IMG/VR virus record: IMGVR_UViG_3300027234_000001
Location: 1 to 33,221 of that record
Reading direction: 5' to 3' (one strand)
Length of the DNA stretch: 33,221 bases
Source: a virus
Lineage: Duplodnaviria; Caudoviricetes
This document shows positions 27,801 through 33,221 of this stretch, piece after piece. The notes under the pieces are model-generated. The model searched no databases. It was not told the origin of the DNA and saw only the letters and a list, made by a program, of their open reading frames with translations. Each line of letters starts with the position of its first letter. Positions within the stretch are counted from its first letter, which is position 1. Position numbers and translations under genes: made by a program.

Positions 27801-29443
27801 CCACTGGTGATTTGGTCAAGGGTGTCAAAAGACCTAAAGCCGAATTGCAAGGCGAGGGTGTCAATTACAGGGGATTTGAAAAGCCTGAGATAACTGGAAC
27901 CCGAACAAGACTTCAGGATTACAAGACTTCAACAAGTCAGTCAACAATCAAAGGTCAGCTAAAGTATTCTGAAGTTGCCGGTGGCAAGATAAAGTTCAAG
28001 GGAAGTCCGATAAGACAGGTTGACACGATAGTCACTGGTGCAAAACTTACTGGCAAAAAGAACTTGAAACTAATTGATGATATGGTAGAAGAAGGACAGA
28101 TTGAAGAAGTTGGAAAGAAGACTGTAATGAAGGGGACTGATTATTTCGGGGGTGGCAAGAAGGCTGGTCAGTTAAAACAGTCATTGGAAAGCAGAAACCC
28201 TACAACGTATGAAGCCCAAAGTGGAAAGATAAAACCAAAAGATGAAACAATACTTTACGGCGTAAGCAAGGGAAAGATTCCAGTTGACAAGAAGGCTTTC
28301 GCACAGACCATGAAGGAGTCAAACCTTCTCAGAGAGATGGCAGACAAAGCACCGCTAAACAAAAAGCCTGTCGTCCCAAAGGGAGTTGACGAGCCAGTAG
28401 GAAAGTATCACGCATTTGTCGGTGAGTCAAAGTCAACTGGTAAGACTTTTCAGGGAACTAGAATTGAACTTGGTTCAGGCATTGGTACAACGGGTGTCGG
28501 CAGTAGTTTCACAAAAACAAATGTTGACTTGGGTAAAGGTGGTGGTATCTCTAACATAAAAGATGTTAAAGGAATGTCTAGCAAACCTGATGTTGTTGGC
28601 GTTACAACCAATAGAATAAACGTAAAAAAGTTTGAAGAACCTAAAATACAAAAAGGTGATAAGATAGTTGACGGTAAAGAGGGGTCAACTGTTCAAAGAA
28701 CAAAACTTGATACATTCCAAGAAACCAAAATCAAACTGGGTCAAAGTGCAGTAGCAAAACCAGCACAGATACAAGTGCCAAAAGTTAAGGCTAGTGTCAA
28801 GTCACCAAAGGTTTCGCCAAAAGTTAAACAGATTGTCACACCTACCGTAAGTCAAAAAACTGGAACTGGTTTGGTACAAGAAACTGCACAGTTGACCAAG
28901 CAACAAACAAAACAACAATCTAAGATTAAACAGTCACAACGACTAAGAGCAATTCAAAGTCAGGTTGCAGTGACAGCAGTAGTTGCAAGAACGGCACAGA
29001 TTCAAGCCACCGCCACAATGACACCATCAGTATTACAAAGAACTGTTGCAAGAAAACCAGCAGTGACCATGAACATTGACTTGCCTGTCCCTGAAAGAAA
29101 GCCAAGAAAAACAAAGCGTGGAAAGAAGGCTGGCTTTATCGGCAACGTAAGACTTGACAACGTCATGGGCATGTACAAGAGAAAGGAAATTACATACGGT
29201 CAGAAGAAAGTTAAAAAATTAGAAAGACAGGACATGAGACTGACGGCTGGAACCTCAAACAGAATATCAATGCCGGCATCAGGACTGCTAAAGACCAAGA
29301 AGAAGAAGAAAAAGAAAACTGAAACAGTCTTTGGCAGAACCGTAGCAAAGACTAGGGACGAGTTTTCAGGATTCGTATCAAAGCCTAAAGGCAAAAAGAA
29401 AGGCAAGAAGAAAACCAAATCTACAAAAGTCAGATTAATGTAG
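24842..29443 (+). CDS. 1533-aa Lys-rich protein of unknown function, probable internal virion protein
   Basis: Coiled-coil N-terminus, Gly/Ala/Val-rich centre, K/T/Q-rich C-terminal half with poly-Lys tail, and no Cys. Confidence 0.85.
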   Translation: MAQSDLEKELTKQYEDAKSKSAGEVATAQIEVYEGQTYEAKNAYQEAKAKRSTARGKLPEKIPDDKYYKERLLEAQYIKARVSSPEQREEIDDYTTEIKKQQKAHATVQVLDKAMPSLYSSAVEESKAIETKVEKARVTELKRQEELFTGFQTAITTEQKSESARIKKIEDAEAKRVADITALEAKKTAEAKALADSRQAMFDSTKGIGKNMSNELHYYQFAGLPFEHGDVIAKDRGRGSRWSPSWNVSPLYYERASDKFGITPEQARDASLVGARTQSGKARDNALRAFQDANDGGNRANQYAQNRALAKKTTASAYGSMSAIERSTSSALASEFATNPDAKKKNDLGVLHETSGGLIGKSIKDTGVAKGEPSSFKVYETNEKLYKSSNGLLGKKDVTAKVMPIIEKQRETELANRRQQQYVEELRAGNIGIATALTNPQTTQSYQNTSTVNLKAYLDDRKIVAHTTSDSLFSADVDKRGMGVKVTGKEVTERKQAQERIDVFKPTVYNTQKVEGSTAVKFTNLSEPTVGTLDSGGVLTKKDFNPYSASDPIGMAQGYKYTVPSKGVTAFPTLTGQTFDAKTPTSFDTMAEAKAYLKESKPKLFSGTDNEMFNRWNYPSAVDTGEVIHPSKTKTLYDDVRLGFGYVFRPTYNIGATVYNLAQPENKQVPIFATAEDKLIGGTITDVMDGTPLKGTGVTGFADYVVENPLRALAEVPSAVVTGVLGGKAVTYGVKGVSAGVKASTKLGNKIIQSEAPTIIKVPTMAVMGAGQAVQRVGTKISAVPVKIGSAVYDYGTIPRGMKYGTQVFTTPQQVVRQGIVRPYDSATMFQGNRVGFGAKANFILTPSGRMFVRQSTDIAGEIGAKPQFLNRQVAMFENENVVGFATRGKMKTTKYEMPKETPFKSDVFTPTGKTKLIPKETPYSKPLDSVTSIRIGKPDIQTPTVTSPLKKPDIFDRIKSTTLYRTKVSTKQYKTNIDEVTFYSDTTGDLVKGVKRPKAELQGEGVNYRGFEKPEITGTRTRLQDYKTSTSQSTIKGQLKYSEVAGGKIKFKGSPIRQVDTIVTGAKLTGKKNLKLIDDMVEEGQIEEVGKKTVMKGTDYFGGGKKAGQLKQSLESRNPTTYEAQSGKIKPKDETILYGVSKGKIPVDKKAFAQTMKESNLLREMADKAPLNKKPVVPKGVDEPVGKYHAFVGESKSTGKTFQGTRIELGSGIGTTGVGSSFTKTNVDLGKGGGISNIKDVKGMSSKPDVVGVTTNRINVKKFEEPKIQKGDKIVDGKEGSTVQRTKLDTFQETKIKLGQSAVAKPAQIQVPKVKASVKSPKVSPKVKQIVTPTVSQKTGTGLVQETAQLTKQQTKQQSKIKQSQRLRAIQSQVAVTAVVARTAQIQATATMTPSVLQRTVARKPAVTMNIDLPVPERKPRKTKRGKKAGFIGNVRLDNVMGMYKRKEITYGQKKVKKLERQDMRLTAGTSNRISMPASGLLKTKKKKKKKTETVFGRTVAKTRDEFSGFVSKPKGKKKGKKKTKSTKVRLM

Positions 29444-29476
29444 AAAGATATATTAAAGCAAAAGATTCTATACTAC

Positions 29477-29626
29477 ATGTTGTCAGAAAATAATAACGGT
29501 TCAACTGTCGCTGTAAGCAACGAGGTACTCGCAGATATTCACAAACTATGCAAGCGGGACGACCTCAAGGTAAAGGCAGTTGTGAACATGGCTTTGAAAG
29601 AGTATCTGAAGGGCAGGGTACAATGA
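29477..29626 (+). CDS. 49-aa ribbon-helix-helix protein, absent from ORF track
   Basis: STVAVSNEVLADIHKLCKRDDLKVKAVVNMALKEYL. TATA box at about 29450-29457 and ATGA coupling. Confidence 0.75.
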   Translation: MLSENNNGSTVAVSNEVLADIHKLCKRDDLKVKAVVNMALKEYLKGRVQ

Positions 29627-30102
29627 CCTTAAAGCATACCTTAGAAAACTATCTGGGAAATTTAGTGAACTCTGACCCCAGAGTCAAAGAAAATCTCGAT
29701 AAGTTGTTTCCCAATGACTCGACCCTGAGGGAAATAACTGACAGCGTTGACAGTGAGGTTACAACAGACTCACAGGAAGGTGAAACAAAAGAAATGGCAA
29801 AATTTGAAAAACAAGAATCAGAATACATAAGCGGAAACGACTTGGTTGGTATCGATGATGTTAGATTTGAAATCCTTACGGAAGCGAAACTGGAATCTAG
29901 TAACTTCGGTATGAAGCCAAGATGCTCTGTCAATGTATCAAAGAAGGGTGTGACGACAAAACACACATGGACTCTGAACCAACAGAACGTCAACTATCTG
30001 ATTGACTCTTTTGGCGACGAATCAACCACTTGGGTTGGAAAGTCCGTCGGCGTGTTCGTTGAAAACATCAAGGGTAACAATGCAATCAGAGTGAAGGCAT
30101 AG
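29623..30102 (+). CDS. Putative single-stranded DNA-binding (OB-fold-like) protein
   Basis: WTLNQQN..YLIDSFGDESTTWVGK motif typical of viral SSB-like proteins. Alternative start at 29794 with AGGTGA upstream. Confidence 0.6.
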   Translation: MTLKHTLENYLGNLVNSDPRVKENLDKLFPNDSTLREITDSVDSEVTTDSQEGETKEMAKFEKQESEYISGNDLVGIDDVRFEILTEAKLESSNFGMKPRCSVNVSKKGVTTKHTWTLNQQNVNYLIDSFGDESTTWVGKSVGVFVENIKGNNAIRVKA

Positions 30103-30192
30103 TGTGTTACTCTCAATTTAGAATGTCACAGGTTTTGAAACGTGACACATCTAATCTTTTTTCTAAACAGGATAAATCAGACGAGGACAACA

Positions 30193-30471
30193 ATGAAGCC
30201 AGTAAACCTTAGCACCCAGTTTCTATTATTCTTCATACCGGTCGCAGGGTATTACGCATGGTACAGGATAGGCAAACTATGGTCTGGATTCTTTTTGAAC
30301 CTCGCACTGGGACTTACGGTGGTTCCGTTATTTGTTTTTCCAAACATGCTTCTGTATCAGAACTTTATGTTCCTAAGCATATCGATGGTCGGACTTGCGA
30401 TAAAAATATACTTTTTAGTAAAGTGGTCTAAACAACATAACGAGAGGTGTGAGAATGACAAAAAGAATTAA
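30193..30471 (+). CDS. Small membrane protein
   Basis: Three hydrophobic segments. ATG 30193 preferred over GTG 30142. Confidence 0.7.
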   Translation: MKPVNLSTQFLLFFIPVAGYYAWYRIGKLWSGFFLNLALGLTVVPLFVFPNMLLYQNFMFLSISMVGLAIKIYFLVKWSKQHNERCENDKKN

Positions 30472-30544
30472 GTGTACAATGTGCGGTGCGGACAACCACT
30501 TTGGAAACATGAAGTGCAAAGAATGTGAGCAGAACTTTGAATGA
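30455..30544 (+). CDS. 29-aa Zn-ribbon microprotein
   Basis: MTKRIKCTMCGADNHFGNMKCKECEQNFE. Confidence 0.6.
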   Translation: MTKRIKCTMCGADNHFGNMKCKECEQNFE

Positions 30545-31217
30545 GATAATACTTGGGGATTGTCTTGAGAAGATAAAAGACATACCTGACAATTCCATTG
30601 ACCTTGTTATTACAAGCCCACCTTACGATAACATTGAGGGTGCAGGGTATGGCAAAGGCACTAAAGATGTACTGTTCTTAAAGTTATATTCAGAGTTCTT
30701 TGGAAGCATACTTCAACAGGTAAGAAGGGTGTTAAAACCAACAGGACAATTTTATCTTAACCTAAAGAGTGGAACTATCGCAAAGACATTGATAACACCA
30801 CATTGGATTGAGTTTCTTCCAGAGTTTAAAGACTTTAAATTAAAATCATATATTATATGGAAATACTCAGGTTCATTCGATAGTACAAAGGCAAGGTTTC
30901 ATTTAGATTATGAGATAATATACCACTTATCAAAGACTGATGACATATCAATTAACTATGAGGAAGGAGAGCATGACCCGTTAACTTCAGTATGGAACAT
31001 ACCACATCATATTAAAGATAGGTTACACCCTGTACAAATGCCTGAGTTACTTGCGGAGAAGATAATAAAACGTGGAAGCAAAGAGGGGGAAGTTGTATTG
31101 GATATATTCGCAGGGAGTGGAACTTCACTTGTTGTTGCAAAAAGATTAGATAGAAAATACATAGGATTTGAGATAAACCCAAAACATTATGAAACAATTA
31201 AGGAGAGACTAAAATGA
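30525..31217 (+). CDS. DNA methyltransferase, N4-C/N6-A beta class
   Basis: GDCL, IDLVITSPPY (motif IV) preceding HP..MP and VLDIFAGSGT (motif I), GFEIN. True start may be TTG 30537. Confidence 0.92.
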   Translation: MSRTLNEIILGDCLEKIKDIPDNSIDLVITSPPYDNIEGAGYGKGTKDVLFLKLYSEFFGSILQQVRRVLKPTGQFYLNLKSGTIAKTLITPHWIEFLPEFKDFKLKSYIIWKYSGSFDSTKARFHLDYEIIYHLSKTDDISINYEEGEHDPLTSVWNIPHHIKDRLHPVQMPELLAEKIIKRGSKEGEVVLDIFAGSGTSLVVAKRLDRKYIGFEINPKHYETIKERLK

Positions 31218-31459
31218 CTGACTGCGAATGTGAATCACCGCCATGCAAGTGCCAGTCCTTTCAAAGGGATACGACATGCGACAACATTGACAGGTACGGC
31301 GAGAACATGTGCGGCAAGGAAGGAACACTCAGGGATGATTGCAACTACATGTGGAGTGCCAAGCGTGTACTGTGTGACGAGCACTATGAAGGACACAGGG
31401 ACGCAGTTGATAAAAAATGCAGAATTTGTGGCACACCCAGAAGGGAATGTTGCTGTTGA
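31214..31459 (+). CDS. Cys-rich protein (13 Cys in 81 aa)
   Basis: CEC...CKC...CRIC...CCC. Confidence 0.65.
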   Translation: MTDCECESPPCKCQSFQRDTTCDNIDRYGENMCGKEGTLRDDCNYMWSAKRVLCDEHYEGHRDAVDKKCRICGTPRRECCC

Positions 31460-31535
31460 TGCTTGTCGGTTTACTTGCTGGACAAGGTGGTTGGCTACCG
31501 CTTAGTTAATTAGATGGGGGGGTTTACCCCCTATC

Positions 31536-31637
31536 ATGACTGGACTTTGTAACAAATGCTTTGAATCCAATGTGGAACTGTTTGACGTGAACGAGGGAAT
31601 GTATCAGTGTGAGATTTGCATAACAGGCAACGAATGA
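31536..31637 (+). CDS. 33-aa Zn-ribbon microprotein
   Basis: CNKC...YQCEIC, with ATGA coupling to the next gene. Confidence 0.65.
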   Translation: MTGLCNKCFESNVELFDVNEGMYQCEICITGNE

Positions 31638-31954
31638 GAATAAGCAATGGTCACGCTACAAAATATCTACTGCAACAAAAATATAACCACGTTTGGCTCA
31701 AGGCGCACACAAAATTTAAAGACAAGGTACAATGTCAGGATAGTAAATACTATGCTCTTGACCTATGGAATCTATATGATGGCTTGTGCTTTGATGCCAA
31801 AGGTGTTCTATGGGCTGTCCAAATTAAGACAAACGCATGGGCGAAAGCCAGTGACATTATAGAGTTTCAGAAAGACCACAGGATAAGGTGTATCGTCTTG
31901 AACGTAAAGAAGCAGGGTTCAAGATGGAAGGTCTTTGAGAGAAAATATTTATGA
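31634..31954 (+). CDS. PD-(D/E)xK nuclease, Holliday junction resolvase-like
   Basis: DLWNLYDGLC...WAVQIKT motif, about 106 aa. Confidence 0.7.
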   Translation: MRISNGHATKYLLQQKYNHVWLKAHTKFKDKVQCQDSKYYALDLWNLYDGLCFDAKGVLWAVQIKTNAWAKASDIIEFQKDHRIRCIVLNVKKQGSRWKVFERKYL

Positions 31955-32102
31955 AGGCATATTCTCAGTATAACTCTAGAAGGCTAGAACTGAATCATAC
32001 GGAGTGCGACGCACGAAACCTAAAATTCAGCAAGGGTTACACTTGTATCGCCTCATTGATGCCTTCGCAACATTTAATATATAGTAAATTATATTTTACA
32101 AC

Positions 32103-32198
32103 ATGGAATCTAACTGCCTGCCATGTCAAAACGGCACGCATCAGGACAGACAGTGTACCTATCGTTGCAACTGCACACATGAGGCACATGAGGAATGA
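32103..32198 (+). CDS. 31-aa Cys/His microprotein
   Basis: CLPC...H...C...CNC.H pattern, TATA box TTTAATATA at 32073-32081 and ATGA coupling. Confidence 0.6.
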   Translation: MESNCLPCQNGTHQDRQCTYRCNCTHEAHEE

Positions 32199-32734
32199 AC
32201 TTTCCAGATAAAAAATATAACATTATCTATGCAGATCCACCGTGGTCTTATCCTAAATCTGGGGGTAAAAAATCAGCTAGGGGATTAGCAAAGTCATTCT
32301 ATGATACCATGACAACAGATGAGATAAAAGATATTGATGTTCAGTCAATCAGTCAGGATAATTGTTATTGTTTCATGTGGACAACATCCCCAAAACTACC
32401 CGAATCATTAGAAGTTATGAAAGCATGGGGATTTGAATACTTTAATGTCATATTCACATGGATAAAAACAAACAAGGTATCAGATACATTATTCTGGGGT
32501 ATGGGTAATACTACAAGAGCCAATGCAGAATATGTGTTACTTGGTAGAAAAGGTAAACTAGACAGATTAAATGCAGGCGTTCATTCTGTTGTAATGTCAA
32601 AGATAGAAAAACATTCAAAGAAGCCTGATGAAGTTAGAAATCGAATCGAGTCATTATATGGAGACTTACCACGTATAGAATTATTTGCAAGAGAAAAGAT
32701 AAATGGGTGGGATTCATGGGGTAATGAGTTATGA
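32195..32734 (+). CDS. MT-A70 family adenine methyltransferase
   Basis: IIYADPPW, FMWTT, AWGF.Y...FTWIK, HSKKP, IELFAR and GWDSWGNE motifs. Confidence 0.93.
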   Translation: MNFPDKKYNIIYADPPWSYPKSGGKKSARGLAKSFYDTMTTDEIKDIDVQSISQDNCYCFMWTTSPKLPESLEVMKAWGFEYFNVIFTWIKTNKVSDTLFWGMGNTTRANAEYVLLGRKGKLDRLNAGVHSVVMSKIEKHSKKPDEVRNRIESLYGDLPRIELFAREKINGWDSWGNEL

Positions 32735-32835
32735 GCTGGTTTAACCTGTCTGTAAACGCCAAGACCTGTAAAAGATGCAAGCAAAGAATTATGAACTATC
32801 CATGCGTGGAATGTGGATTTAATATAACCCGATAG
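32731..32835 (+). CDS. 34-aa Zn-ribbon microprotein
   Basis: CKRC...YPCVECG, ATGA overlap. Confidence 0.62.
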   Translation: MSWFNLSVNAKTCKRCKQRIMNYPCVECGFNITR

Positions 32836-33043
32836 AGGGCGTCATTCTATCGGTGTAAATGAGTGCCAACGCAAATTAGTACTCAATAGTTTAATCATGT
32901 CAAAACCTTAAAAGGTTTGGTTCGTGACGAATTTAATCTAATCAACGAACTTGTTCTAATATCTGTCATATTATATTTAAGATTACAGTAAACTGGGACA
33001 TTCATTGGCGTAGCCATTGTGCTCGGTTTTAGTATTAAAGATA

Positions 33044-33062
33044 ATCGGACACGGTGTCCGAT
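33044..33062. repeat. Perfect 9-1-9 palindrome
   Basis: ATCGGACAC-G-GTGTCCGAT. Confidence 0.8.
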
Positions 33063-33121
33063 CTTCTTATAAGTTATAACAGCACCGCTAATTGGGTTTA
33101 TATATGAAAGGTTTATAAAGG

Positions 33122-33221
33122 TAACTTTTGGGTTATTTTAAAAAGCTTGAATAGTTTTTGTTTATATACTCATAGGCGTAAAAAAAGAGGTAACTCTGGT
33201 AACTGGAATAACCTATTTCTG
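33122..33221. repeat. Terminal direct repeat, right copy
   Basis: Identical to 1-100. Confidence 0.97.

Noticed and set aside
16866-29418. Numerous 60-139-aa antisense and alternate-frame ORFs inside the adhesin and giant protein
   Set aside because: Shadow ORFs of long coding regions, with no motifs, promoters or coupling.
11535-29443. Head-tail (Caudoviricetes) or pleolipovirus assignment
   Set aside because: No terminase, portal or HK97 protein is recognisable. The small two-helix MCP with its own promoter and terminator fits spindle-shaped viruses better than a pleolipovirus spike/matrix pair.
31513-31535. G7/C5 hairpin as a phase-variation or regulatory element
   Set aside because: A single short homopolymer stem in an intergenic gap. 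It may include a ribosome-binding site, and there is no further support.
31951-32211. 86-aa ORF-track call
   Set aside because: It runs through a TATA box and overlaps a better-supported Cys/His microgene and the MT-A70 start. Only its 5' part might be coding.

Overview
This window appears to be the complete genome of a circular (or terminally redundant) archaeal dsDNA virus of about 33,121 bp, because bases 1-100 are repeated exactly at 33122-33221. The virion module looks like that of a spindle-shaped virus. It has a small two-hydrophobic-helix major capsid protein, a similar minor capsid protein, several membrane proteins, a 2331-aa FN3/LamG adhesin, a P-loop ATPase and a 1533-aa basic protein. 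No terminase, portal, HK97 capsid or jelly-roll capsid is recognisable. Replication is plasmid-like, with an RHH repressor, a prim-pol/SF3 (D5/P4-type) primase-helicase and an adjacent iteron-bearing inverted repeat; no protein-primed DNA polymerase is seen. The genome also encodes a catalytic-domain-only tyrosine recombinase, a PIN-like protein, an SSB-like protein, an Hjc-like nuclease and two orphan DNA methyltransferases. TATA boxes about 25 nt before start codons, GGTGA ribosome-binding sites and one thaumarchaeal-type Zn-finger protein suggest a Nitrosopumilaceae-like host (inference). Reading below the 60-aa ORF cut-off reveals about 20 small Cys/His Zn-binding proteins and several basic micropeptides. 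There is also a clustered TTTGTACAAA palindrome, and a sharply mosaic GATC distribution that marks the replication module and adhesin centre as probably exchanged. All family calls come from motif recognition by eye; no searches were run.
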